Positions 12,296 through 25,087 of a stretch of 64,000 nucleotides of DNA are shown piece by piece; the first letter of the stretch is position 1, and each line of letters begins with the position of its first letter. The DNA is from Octopus vulgaris (lineage: Eukaryota). The stretch spans positions 6,696,001-6,760,000 of the forward strand of contig OX597825.1 of the NCBI GenBank assembly GCA_951406725.2. The letters run 5' to 3'. The notes beneath the pieces were generated by a model. That model saw only the letters and a program-made list of their open reading frames with translations. It searched no databases and had not been told where the DNA came from. The position numbers and the translations under genes were made by a program.

Positions 12296-13094
12296 TTATG
12301 CTAAAGGATGACCAAAGTGTATAAAGTAGAGTTTAATGAAGAGATAAGACTTCAAATATTTTGGTGCAATGTGCCTTGGTTTTAGCTTGGATAAAGTAGA
12401 AATAAACACCGCATCATATCCATGGGATAAGAGTATTTTAGGATGATAATGTTGAGTTAAGAACAACTGAACATGAAGAAATATGTGGTACAGGGAAAAA
12501 TAATTTCATCTGAGTTCCCAACATTTTCAAAAAATCTTTCAGTTTTAATGCAGTTGTCTTCCTGAGTTGATGGTCTCTCGTGAACCAGAGGATTATTGTT
12601 AATAATTAGTAACTTTGTTAATATCATGTGATTCATTAGGATCATTAATGTGATTACAATCACGCATTTTATTCATAACAATTCTTCCTTAATGAGGTTT
12701 TGAACCTTTAATAGTGGAATATCTTTGAAGACAGTTCTTGCAGAAATAATTTACTGATGACTCATATTCAGAAGAACTTATTCTGTTTGTTATACATGGG
12801 GATGGTCATATTTTGCCAATTAAGCACATGCACTATATAATTGGTCTTCACTTCAGCTTTATTATCACTATTTTAGTTTCATCACACATCCTGTGACCTT
12901 CTCAGCAACTTTTTAAAAAACAAACAAACCATAAGTTGGAGAGATTTTCCAGCTGCCAGTTTGTAAATCAGTAATTGTAAAGTGTAAACATAATAAATTA
13001 TGCAAATTAAGCTGAGATTATTTGCATGTAGTGTCTATGTCTACCATGTCACAGTGCCGACTTCAAGCAACAAAAGTTTCTTTATGCTTGAATA

Positions 13095-13633
13095 TTAACC
13101 CTTTACAGCATTTAAACTGACCATATCTGGCCCAAATTATTATACCTGTTTTATCTTCAAACTGACCAGAGCTGACCTCTTACACTAACACTATAATGTC
13201 CTTGCAGAAATAAACAATCAAGTCATCGAAATCTCAGAGCTACAAGATAATGCATGATTAATTCAAAACAATGTGAATAAATAAGCATTACATTTGACGG
13301 GGTAACCTGTCAAATGTAATGCTTGACGAAGGGTCGAAGTATATGTGTCAACAAACCAATGTCAAGTGGTTGCTTCATAATTAATATAATGTTAATGGTG
13401 AGTTTAATCCTTTAGCATCTAGATTATTATGTTAAATTAATGCTAATTTATTCACATAGTTTTGTATTAACCATGCAGTATTTTGCAGTTTCAACATTTT
13501 TGACAATGTGATTGTTTTATTTTTAGAATGACATTGTAGGGTAGGTATGAGAGGTTAGATCTGGCCAGTTTGAACATAAAACAGGTTTAATATTTAGGCC
13601 GGATACGGCGGGTTTAAATGCTGTAAGGTTAAA
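13095..13633. mobile_element. Two copies of the same MITE in inverted orientation
   Basis: Copies at about 13095-13310 (-) and 13404-13633 (+), with TTAA at the outer ends. Confidence 0.8.
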
Positions 13634-14484
13634 TGATTTTAATGTTTCTATTAGTAAAATATATAGCCCAATATTTAGTCACACAAGGCCAAGCCGAGTG
13701 ATGAAATATAAAGAGTTGACCCTCATCAGCAGGACATCATTAAATATGAAACATATTCAATTTCTGCCCTTAAATATGAGTTTGCTTGTTGATTCTTCAG
13801 AGTACCAGGGTAAATGAATACATGTTGTTATTTTGGCCTTCTCTGAAAAGAATTCCATCATTTATGCCACGATGGGTAAATCATGATGTTGTTTTTACTG
13901 TTAATTTGATTGCTGCTAAAATTCCCCAGTCTTTGATCATTTTTTTTTTATAAACATTTAATGCCATCTACGATTACTTGGAATATTATAATTGCTACAT
14001 TTTAGAGATGATGTGTCTAGCAACGCATCAGATATTCAAATTATAGATAAATATGCTACTGCTTTTAGTTTTTCTTTTCAAATTGATTTAACCTATATTT
14101 ATCCTTACTTTATAAACACAAAAATATATTAGTAAGCAGATATGTAATGTTAAGGTAAAATAAATATCGAAACATACTAAAGAAGAGAGAGTTAGACATA
14201 AAAAAATCTTAGATGAACAGAGAGAGAGTGAGTGAGAGAACGAGAGAGAGAGAGAGAGTAAAGAAGATTGAAATAGATAAGAAAGAATAAAAGACAGGCA
14301 AGCAACAAAGAAGCTGCATTAAAGCAGAAATCCAATCCACCTCTTCTGTGTGATATGTGAAATGGTCTGCATATTTATATCAATCAACAAAGAAAAAATC
14401 AATACGTCTTTGTAATGCATATAATTTCAGTTAAATGCATGTTCTCAACATGTATATAGCCTCTTCTACAGAAACATCATGATA

Positions 14485-14505
14485 TTAATAATAATAATAA
14501 TAATA

Positions 14506-14536
<31 letters not shown>

Positions 14537-14936
14537 TGATAATAATAATGATAATAATGAATAATAATAATAATAATAATAATAATGATAATAATAATGA
14601 TGATAATAATAATGATGATGATAATAATAATAATAATAATAATGATGATAATAAAAATAATAAAAATAAAAATAATAATAATGATGATAATGATGATGAT
14701 GATAATAATAATAATAGATGATAATAATAATAATAGAAATAGTAATAATAATAATAATAATGGTAATAATAATGATAATAATAATAAAAATAATAATAAT
14801 AATAATGATGATGATGATGATGATGATATTAATGATAATGATGATAATGATAATAATAATAATAATAATAATGATGATGATAATAAGAATAATAATAATG
14901 ACGACGACGGTGATGATAATAATGGTAATAATAATA

Positions 14937-14976
<40 letters not shown>

Positions 14977-15031
14977 TAATAATAATGATCAGAAGAAGAA
15001 GAAGAAGAAGAAGCAGAAGAAGAAGAAGAAA
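14485..15031. repeat. Long compound (AAT)n/(GAT)n microsatellite ending in (GAA)n
   Basis: Directly visible; about 550 bp. Confidence 0.95.
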
Positions 15032-16341
15032 ATGTAGCTAGTTTCTATGAGGTTGGCAGCTCTTTAAAAACATTGCTCTTCTATTTATAGCATCCAATAA
15101 AGAAATGAACACGTTGCAAAATTAACTGATTGCAAGTTGTAAGATTTAGCAATATTTTAAATTAACAAGTCTCGCTAAACAAGCAGTTATTAAATTAAAA
15201 CTGATCGAACATCAGGTGACCTTAAATTGACAACAACAGCATTTACAACAATACCGTATTAGTGTTTAGTAAAATTACTAAGACAACTAAATATTTTTAT
15301 TGGAGCAAATAAGAAATAAAAATGTGCAGACAGTAAAACAAGACATTCAGTGCAAAGTGTGTGCAACACAGAAAGGAAAGAGATCGGTTTTAAGTGGCAG
15401 AACATATTACAGGCAGCCCAGATCACTGTAGCTTTTCAGGAATGGTTACAAGCAAGTTGCTCTTCAGATGGTTCACCACACTAAGAAGTGATGAAAACAG
15501 AGGTTGAATCTAGGGAAAAAACTCCAAAAGTAAAACACATTATAGAATTATTAGTTAATTAATGTACTGTTAATTAATGGTTTTAAGGGAAAGAAGAAGA
15601 AAAAAAATCAACTTGAGAGTTATCAACATGGAGTATTTTTGCTCAATGTTCTGTAAAACAGAGTAAAATACTTATCAATCTTAAAGACTTTAATTTGATC
15701 TTTAAACTGTTCAAGACTTTTAAAGTCTTGAAAAGTTTGTTGTAAGCACTTTACAAAAAAAGGGGTCAAAGTCAGAAGCAATCTTCTATCTTTATAGAGA
15801 CTGGTCTTTTAAAAAGCATGAACGAAACAGAATCTCATTCGTTCTCATTCCATAATTCTTCTAAGTGATCATAATTATGGTAATAATTTTAGAGTCACTC
15901 CTAAATGAGAACAATAACAATTTCTATAACCTTGCTTAATTATATTTCTAATTACAATAAACAGACAAATAATTACATCATTAGCTGAATGGAATTGAAT
16001 TTACATTCTCACTGGTACTTCATTAAATGGCGAATCTTTAGAGTACTGGATGAACTACGTTGTTATATTTCTTCACTCCTTACACTCTTGAAGTCAGAGT
16101 CTGCTGATGTGAATTTGGTAGCAACATTAGTTCCCATTCAGGGATTCTGAACAGGAACTGATATTGGTACCTGCACTGAACTACAGTAGCCCAATATGCA
16201 GAAGCCATCTTAATATCTCCTTCATCAAGTCCCATGTGCCTGGTGTGTTAAGTTCAATTCTATGAGTCCATGAAATTTCAAGTTGCATGGTGCTGAATCA
16301 AATAGCTATTAAATAATACATATAACTCCTACCAAATGTGC

Positions 16342-16380
<39 letters not shown>

Positions 16381-16443
16381 ATGTATATATATGTAACATC
16401 CAGGGATTGAGGTGTAGGAAGAAAGTGAGCTTCAAGCAACCAA

Positions 16444-17353
16444 TCATCATCCTCATCGTCGTTTTATGTCTGCTTTCCATGCTGGCATGGGTTGGACAGT
16501 TTGGCTGAGGACTGGCAAGCCTGGAGGCTGCACCAGGCTCCAATCAGATCTGGCAAAGTTTCTACAGCTGGATGCCCTTCTTGATGTCAACCACTCCAAG
16601 AGTGTAGTGGGTGCTTTTTACGTGCCACTGGCATGAGGGCCAGTCTGGTGATACTGGCATCATCATCATCATCTTCATTTAGCATCTGCTTTCCATGCTG
16701 GCATGGGTTGGATGGTTTGACTCAAACTGGTAAGCTGAAGAGCTGCACCAGGCTCCAATCTGTTTTGGTATGGTTTCTACAGTGGGATGCCCTTCCTAAT
16801 GCCAACCACTCCAAGAGTGTAACAAATGTTTTTTTTTACTTTCCACTGGCACACGACACTGGCATTGGCCACAATTAGGATTTCACTTCACTTGACAAGT
16901 CTTTTCAAACCTAACATATCACCAAAGGTCTCGGTCACTCATCACCTCTATGAGGCCCAATGTTTGAAGGGTACTTTTTACACACCACTGGCACAGGTGC
17001 CTGTTAAGTGACACCGACATCAGCCATGACTACAGTTTCACTCAACTTGATGGGTCTTCTCAAGCACGGCATATCACTAAAGATCTTGGTCACTTGCCAT
17101 TGCCTCCATGAGGTCCAACATTTGAAGATCATGCTTCTCCAGTCCGTCCCATGTCTTCCTGGGTCGACCTCTTCCACAGGTTCCATCCACAGAGACCAAC
17201 ACTTTTTTACACAGCTGTCCTTATCCATACCCATAACGAGACCATACCAGCACAGTTGTCTCTCCTGCACACATCTGACGTCTCTTATATCCAGCTTTTC
17301 TCTCAAGACACTTACACTCTGTTGTACATGCACACTGCCATTGCTCATCCAGT

Positions 17354-17354
<1 letters not shown>
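16444..17354 (-). mobile_element. RTE-clade LINE fragments including the C-terminal end of the ORF
   Basis: Translation REKLDIRDVRCVQERQLCWYGLVMGMD, with RGRPRKTW in a shifted frame, is typical of RTE C-termini; followed by the 3' UTR and (GAT)n tail. Confidence 0.85.
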
Positions 17355-17398
<44 letters not shown>

Positions 17399-17675
17399 CA
17401 AGGACTCTCCTGCCATTAGACAACATATGAGGGTTCAGCAATTTCTTGGCGAACAAACACAGATGATCAAATGTTTGTGTACACATAAGCTCACTCCCTC
17501 TCAAATTGATATTACCTGTACAGGTGCACCATGTGCTACATGTCAGATGATGAAATGATTGCAGAGCAATGTGAAATGAGAAGTGCTTCCCTCAAGAAAA
17601 CAATGCAATGCTTGACCTGGGAATCAGAACCACGATCTCACAATTGTGAGTGTAACATCCTAACCACTATGCCAT

Positions 17676-17872
<197 letters not shown>

Positions 17873-17874
17873 AA

Positions 17875-18098
17875 TCATCCGAGCGTGGCCGTCTGCCAGC
17901 CTCGTCTGGCACCTGTGTCGGTGGCACATAAAATCACCCACTACACTCTCGGAGTGGTTGGCGTTAGGAAGGGCATCCAGCTGTAGAAACACTGCCACAT
18001 CTGACTGGCCTGGTGCAGCCTTCGGGCTTCCCAGACCCCAGTTGAACCGTCCAACCCATGCTAGCATGGAAAGCGGACGTTAAACGATGATGATGATG
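17875..18098 (+). mobile_element. RTE-like 3' end, relatively young (CpGs retained)
   Basis: Family motifs and (GAT)n tail. Confidence 0.8.
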
Positions 18099-18121
18099 AC
18101 ATACATAGATACAAACATACA

Positions 18122-18186
18122 TGATGAACGGGAATGTGAAACTCCGAGTAACAGCTTTTGTTGAATTTCTGCTGCTTTTAAATAAA

Positions 18187-18188
<2 letters not shown>
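18122..18188 (+). mobile_element. Truncated Penelope-like tail with a hammerhead remnant
   Basis: TGATGA-acgggaatgt-GAAACTC-c-GAGT-A-acagc followed by AATAAA; the 5' strand of stem I is missing. Confidence 0.4.
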
Positions 18189-18233
<45 letters not shown>

Positions 18234-19252
18234 TATACATACATATGTACATATATATATGTGCATGTGTGTATATATGTGTATATATATGTGTGTGTGT
18301 GTGTGTGTATATATACATATAGCATAACCAAGGCCCTAGATGCTTCCTGATCCTGCTGACTTCTTAATTAGTACCATAGGTAGGTACATGGCATTGTTGT
18401 AACAACAGCAGCAGCAACAACACTGCATAAACAACACATTTTTCGTTACTTTTCAACCAGTTCCATCCTCACCATTCCAAAATGGATTTCACACAAACGA
18501 ATCCAAGACAAGATTAACAATGGCGGTGGGGGGGGGGGGGGAGTAGCGTTATTAATGGTGGTAGTTGAATAGTCTATTATTCTGTCTTTATACACAGAAG
18601 TTATTTCCTGTTATCAATGTAAACTTGTATATTTATTTATTTCCTCTTCCTCCTCCCATCAGCCTTCTTAAGTTTTGGTACCTTTCAGAGAGAATAAAAC
18701 CATTAGTATGGCACCCTGTGTTCTGTCATTATTTCACCTGGAGCATCTAATACTTCTACTACTACAACTACTACTACCCACTGGCTTTGCAAGCAATCAA
18801 TGGTTTACCATCTGAACAATGCTAATATATCAGATATGATTATTTCCTTTTTTTCTTTTCTTTCTTTCTTTTTTTGTGTATTTCAACATCACACAGTCTC
18901 TTATCCTCAACACAATCAACCTAAGGCCTTCTGCATCATCATCATCATCATCATCATCATTCCCACTGCAAGAAATCGATATATGGTAGATAAGAAATCT
19001 AAACAGTTGTATTTGTATGTGTGTACACAACACAGATGTTCTTGGAAATTATGTACAAACACACACACACACACATACACAGCAATATATATATATATAT
19101 ATGTATATATATACATTTGTAAAAAACATAAATCCAAAAGAAGAAGCCTACTATAAGATGTAGAGCAGTATATATTACTGCTCTACATCTTAGAGAGAGA
19201 GAAATATATAGAGATAGAGAGAGATAGAGAGATAGAAGAGAGAGAGAGAGAT

Positions 19253-19300
<48 letters not shown>

Positions 19301-19560
19301 AGAGAGAGAGAGATAGAAGAGAGAGATAGATAGAGAGAGAGATAGAGAGAGAGAGACATACACAAATATTTAACCGTATATACAAATAATTAATCTATAA
19401 ATATTCAATGCATATATACATACTAAATCAAAAGTATATATATGTATATATGTGTGTGTGAGTACATATATATATATATATGTACGTGTATACACACACA
19501 CCCATATATATATATACATACATACCATGTATAAGTGTGTAGGCAAACATACGTATATAT

Positions 19561-19613
<53 letters not shown>

Positions 19614-19678
19614 ATATACACACACATATATAAACATGTATATATGTATGTGTGTGTGTGTGTGTGTAGATAGGTAGA

Positions 19679-20030
19679 TCTTTTATCTTATTTGTTTCAG
19701 TTATTAGAGTGTGGCCCTGCTGGAGTACTCTTTGAAGAATTTTAGCCAAATGAATTGACTCCAGTATTCTTTTTTAAACCTGGTACTTATCTTATTGCTC
19801 TCTTTTGTCAAACCACTAAGTTACAGGGATGTCAAGACACAAACACTGGCCGTGAAGCAGTGATGGGGGACAAACACACACGATGGGCTTCTTTCATTTT
19901 CCATCAACCAACTCCACTTACAAAGCTTCGGTTGGCTATGACTATAGTAGAAGAACTTGCCCAAGGTTCTATGAAGTGGGACTGAAACCAAAACCATGAC
20001 GTTAGGAAGTAAGCTTCTTACTGCACACCT
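19679..20030 (-). mobile_element. SINE-A, diverged
   Basis: Family head and tail motifs. Confidence 0.8.
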
Positions 20031-20039
20031 ATACATATG

Positions 20040-21050
20040 TATCATCATCATCATCATCATCATCATCCTCATTTAATGCCCGTTTGCCATGCTGGCATGG
20101 GTAGGACAGTTTGACAGGGAGTGGCAAGGTGGGGAACTACACCCAGCCCAGCTGATTTCTATGGTTGAGGGCCCTTCCTGATGCTGACCATTTAACAGGG
20201 TTTTACTGAGTGCTTTGTATGTGGCACCGGCACTAATGAGGTCACCAAGTATCTTACAGAACAAGACCCCGCAACAGGAGGGAGTAGTATGGAGGGACAG
20301 AAAGGAGTCTTCATTAAAAGAGAGACATGGTTACCTCAGATGGAGAAGTGAGAGAGAGAGAGAAGAGAAAAACGGTGAAGAAGTGGAAGAGAGAGGCCAG
20401 GGGCTGTACACGTAAGTTACAGTGTGGTGTAAATAGTGGAGTTGACAGGGGACTGGGGTTTGTGGGTGAGTTCACAAGAATTCAGAAAATCAGTGGGAGT
20501 TCAAAGGGATTAAGTTGATTACATCGACTTCAGTGTGTAACTGGTACATATTTAATCAACCCCAAAAGGACGAAAGGCAAAGTTGACCTCGGCAGAATTT
20601 GAACTCAGAACAAAATATCGGCAGACGACATACTGCTAAGCATTTCACCCGGCATGCTAACAGTTCTGCCAGGTAGGTAGACGGATAGGGAGACTAGAGG
20701 GGAGAGATTAACAGGTGTGATGAGCATAGGTGAGTTGTGGGGAGGGAAGGGGTCATGGACATCAAAGTTTTTTAGCTGGGCAGGTCTTCTCAAGCACAGC
20801 ACATCACAAGTTGTCTCAGTCCTTTTGTCACCTCCTCAGTGAGGCTTGACATCTGAAAGACATTTCTCATCACCACATCCCACATCATCTTGATTCCTCC
20901 TCTTCCACTGGTTCCCTCCACATTTTGAGATCAGCCCTTCTTTATGCAGCTGTCCTCATCCATATGTGTCACATGACCAGTGCAGTCTGCTCTCTTGCAC
21001 AATACATTTGATGCCTCTATTACCCAATTTTTCTCTCAAAACATTTATGC
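20040..21050 (-). mobile_element. Diverged RTE-like fragment interrupted by a SINE-B (about 20500-20672)
   Basis: (CAT)n tail at 20040; 20780-21050 resembles the RTE ORF end at 17050-17310. Confidence 0.65.
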
Positions 21051-21543
21051 ATACATTTTGTAGGGTGTCACTGAAGCACTATTAGTTTAAAATAGCAATC
21101 AATTTTTCATACTTGAAGTAGATACAACATAGAAAGCCTAATCAGCTGTGGTATTTGTCCTCAGATGATGTCTCTTATGGACAGACTGGGACAAAAAGTA
21201 CATTTCTGCCTCCTTAGGCTTTGTCAGTGGATACTCCCTACATCTGCATATCAAACAAGACCATTCCTCTGGAGGTACCAGAGACCTGTCTTCTTCCCTA
21301 CTAAAACTATCATCTTTGCCAGGTTTACTTAAAAATCTCTGGGTGCTAGTTCTAGAGTCCATGCCTGAAATATCCTCTGATATTCTCATATAGGTTCAGC
21401 TATGAAAACTAGGGCTGATTTGTTCAACTAAAGGTGGTGCTCCAGCATGGCCACAGTCAAATGACTGAAATAAGTAAAAGGATAAAAGAATATCTATCTA
21501 TCTATATATATTTATGTATGTATATATATATATATATATATAG

Positions 21544-21577
<34 letters not shown>

Positions 21578-21827
21578 GTATGTATATATATATGTATATA
21601 TATTTGTGTGTATATACATATATATCTTGCATACATATCTATATATAATGCCAAAAATATGACAAATGATGAAAATGAGGCTTTTAAAAAAAAAATTGAA
21701 ATGAAAAATATACAATTAATAATAATAATAATAATAATAATAATTGTGATAGTAATAATAATAGTAATAATAATAATAGTAATAATAATAATAATTGTGA
21801 TAGTTGTAGTGGCACGGGATAAATTAC

Positions 21828-21830
21828 CTT
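21828..21830 (-). CDS. Candidate 3-nt microexon (AAG) between the two Ig exons
   Basis: Minus strand reads ttactaat-ggaaacc-atttttttag|AAG|gtaatt: branch-point-like TACTAAT, T tract, acceptor and donor. Frame-preserving. Confidence 0.45.
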
Positions 21831-22885
21831 CTAAAAAAATGGTTTCCATTAGTAAAAACCCTAAAAGCACCATACAAACTGACTACAAAAGAAACAGGTT
21901 CAAATGAAAGCATTTCTTTTTCGGCAACAATGAAAGCCGCATTTCTCAAAAGCATTTTACAACACAGCAATGTGAATAAAACATCGACAATCTGGCTCAG
22001 TTTCATTCATTTTCTGATCACTGTATAATATCTATAAATATGTATATATGTATATATTTATGTATGTATATATGTATGTATATATATATATGTATATATA
22101 TATGTATATATATATATCTACAAAGCACAAAAAAATATATTTATTATTATTTATATGAATGCTATGCATGTATGTATATGTATTTGGCAAGTAGGTTGTG
22201 ATTTCTGCATTTTTTTTCTTCGTTTTTTTTTTTTTGTGTGTGTTGCATTTTACCCCTCCCCTCATCCTGTTTCAGATCAGATTATTAAAAGCCATGTAAC
22301 CCCTAGGGGGTGGGGGGAAATGGGGGGGGGGTAAACTGGTAAAGAGTAATCTACAATAATCAATAAATGCTGCTACGAAAAAAAAAAAAAAAATGAAAAA
22401 GCAGAAACTAGGAGGGTATGAAAGGAATATATTTGGTTTTATTTATTCATTTATTTCTATTCATGCATTTTTTTTTAATCATTCAGTCAAATAGCTGTGA
22501 CCTCCAAAGGAAAATACAAAAAAAAAACAAAACAAATCAAAATAGCCTCAGCTTATATGAAGAATGATGCATAGTGCAGTTTGAGTGTGTGTATGCATGT
22601 GTATATATTTTTATATATGCATATATATATATATATATATTCCTATATATTATAGAGGAGTTAAATACATGATCTGAGTGTCTACCATGCAATGGTAAAA
22701 ACTGCTTCCTATGTGATGTTTTCAATTTTTCCGGCTTTGTCCCTGCTTTCAGGACATTCACCTCTACTATATTAAGTGAAAACCATCTTGGAATGGTCAT
22801 CTTTGTTGACAAAATATGTCAAAGCTGACTTGTATAAGTTGATATTCTTCGAATTTAATAAATACAAAGTTTGTTGAATATTTTA

Positions 22886-23258
22886 ATTTTATTTCATCTA
22901 GTTTCAGCTCACCAACTGTGGCCATGCTGGGGCTCTGCCATTTGGTGTTGCTACATGATTTTACTTCACGAATGCTTTTTAGCAATTGACATTCGGTGCA
23001 TGAGAGAGTTTGATGCAGCTGCCCTCATCTGCACCTCCTGCCACAAAGTTGGTTCATCTGGAACACCTGACAGGAAGAGGTCGAGCTTTATTTTCAAGAC
23101 ACCTACATCCACCCCATGCAGGTCTCTCAGGTTTTTCGGGAGGATATTGAAGAGCTCTGGACATCTGAAGCCCAGGCTACTGCAGTATCTTGTCCTACAT
23201 CTTGATGGCAAATTTGGAGTCCTTGGCACTATGCAGTGGCACCCAGTTCTAGTATGTA
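22886..23258 (-). mobile_element. CR1/L2-group LINE 3' fragment
   Basis: Translation SLGFRCPELFNILPKNLRDL..VLKIKLDLFLSGVPDEP resembles CR1-group ORF2 C-termini; followed by a short tail ccccagcatggccacag..gctgaaac. Confidence 0.75.
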
Positions 23259-23413
23259 AATGTTACATCTTTTGTTCTGGTTTTTTGTCACCTGATTTTC
23301 TTACAAAAGATTTTACGTGGAATGATGTCCAGAGTTTTTCAATAGCAGTCATTTCAGAGAACATTTTTTTAAATGTCTTTTCCTCTAAGGATGAATAACC
23401 AGATAACTGATTT

Positions 23414-23805
23414 ATAGTAATGAATCCTGTCCCCTAACTTTCTTCTTCACTAGTCAGTTAAGGTGAGACAGTGTCACATGACAACTTGCTAGGGCTGCCT
23501 GCTGGAGCCTAGCGGCAGGTATTTAAAGGGAAAAATTTGACAAGTCAGTCACCGGCTGACACTACATCGAAGGGCCAGGGAACAGAAGAAAGAAGAGGAA
23601 AGAAGACATGCACCCAACACCAGAGCTGAAAACACCTCCGAAAGGGGGGGTCCCTGCCACATCAAAACGGTAGAGGAATAGGGGCCGAAATCGGACGTGG
23701 TTCCTCCTGATGATGTCTTGAGTTAACTGGATCCTATAAAGGAGCTGTTGTGGTAGCAGCCCACAAAACACGGTTGTAATTCCTCAGTGCATAATTTTAT
23801 TAACA
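23414..23805. mobile_element. Possible solo LTR
   Basis: GC-richer island of about 390 bp with a TATTTAAA box, ending in ...ttttattaaCA. The left terminus is imperfect and no internal domain is present. Confidence 0.3.
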
Positions 23806-24722
23806 CAAGTGCCTAGATGTGCTGGAGCTGAGAATTCTACAGATAGTTCTGTCAGAACAAAATCAATAACATAAATCCTTTTGGTAGCCACATATATATA
23901 TTCTGCCATAAACCAAGGTAGTTAGGAATTATTGTGTAAAAAGACCAACAATGTCTGTTGTTTGATTATGAAGCCAGTCACAGGAGATACTGAAATATCT
24001 TAGGAGCATAACGAGGCTTCTAATGAGAAGGCTTTTCAACATAAAACCCTCTTCTGAATAGAATACAAATTACTCTATCAAATTTGCTCAAGGCACATCC
24101 TTTATCACTGGAGTCTCCTCAGAAGTTTCAAATCTCAAATCAATTCAAGATGCAAGCTATTCTTCAATTGTTATACTGAATATCTCTTGGAACAATACAA
24201 CAAGAAGCATAACAAAGTGTGCATCAAATTTGCTCATCTTTGTCAATATGCAAGAGTCAAAATAGGGTGGCAGATCTATCAGCACAAGGTGTTGTTAAGA
24301 GGCATTTGATGAGAAATTTTGGGGACAGGGAAGCTCTTTGAATTCCAAGTTGTTTGGATTTTCTCAAGAGCCAGGGTGATTTCCACTAACTTATAGGATT
24401 TACACAACAGCATCAGCACCATGTTGCCCCAACACTATCTCTTTGGTGGTACATAGTATTACCATAATGCAACCAGTGCCATTATGAATTTTTGATGAAG
24501 CATTCAATAGGATTGAATATATTTTATAATTTCAGTTTATAATTAGCCATCATTCATCAATCTTCATTATCAACTGCAGAAACATTCAGAACAGATACAA
24601 AACAAGACAAATACTAATTTCATCTTTCATGTTTTTCTCTCATGCTATCTGTGCTCTCCATATCATACAATAGCCCCGTACCTGTTGCATGCAACCCTAC
24701 CGAATCATGTAGAAGAGGGAAT

Positions 24723-24952
24723 TTAACCCTTTAGTGTTCGCATTATTCTGCCCAAATTAATGCTTTTTTATCCAAATTGTTTTGAACTAATCATCCATTA
24801 TCTTGTAGCTATGGGATTTTGAAGAGGTAGCTGTTAATTTTTAAAACGATATTGTAGGGTTAGTGCGAGAGACCAGATCTGGCCTGTTTGAATATAAAAC
24901 AGGCAGAATACTTTTGGCCAGATATGGCTGGTTTAAATGCTAAAGTAGTTAA
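24723..24952 (+). mobile_element. piggyBac-like MITE copy
   Basis: TTAAccctttag...aatgctaaagtagTTAA. Confidence 0.78.
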
Positions 24953-25087
24953 CGCTGGTTCTATCAAGAATCACAACCAATATGGTGGTTTTGTCAAGTA
25001 CTCTAGTGCATCTATTTTCACTTATATTTGCTTAACTGAGGTACGCATTTCCAACAAATAGCCATCATTAACATCAAAGTATATATA

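Noticed and set aside
14479-15041. Poly-N/D and poly-I/M ORFs
   Set aside because: Pure trinucleotide repeat with no splice or domain evidence, on the strand opposite the Ig gene.
18365-18470. Hydrophobic peptide VVYAVLLLLLLLQQ on the minus strand, resembling a signal or GPI sequence
   Set aside because: It derives from (CAA/CAG)n low-complexity sequence, has no in-frame ATG, and the splice context is unconvincing.
23685-23720. GAAA...CTGATGA as a possible permuted hammerhead
   Set aside because: Stems I and II cannot form.
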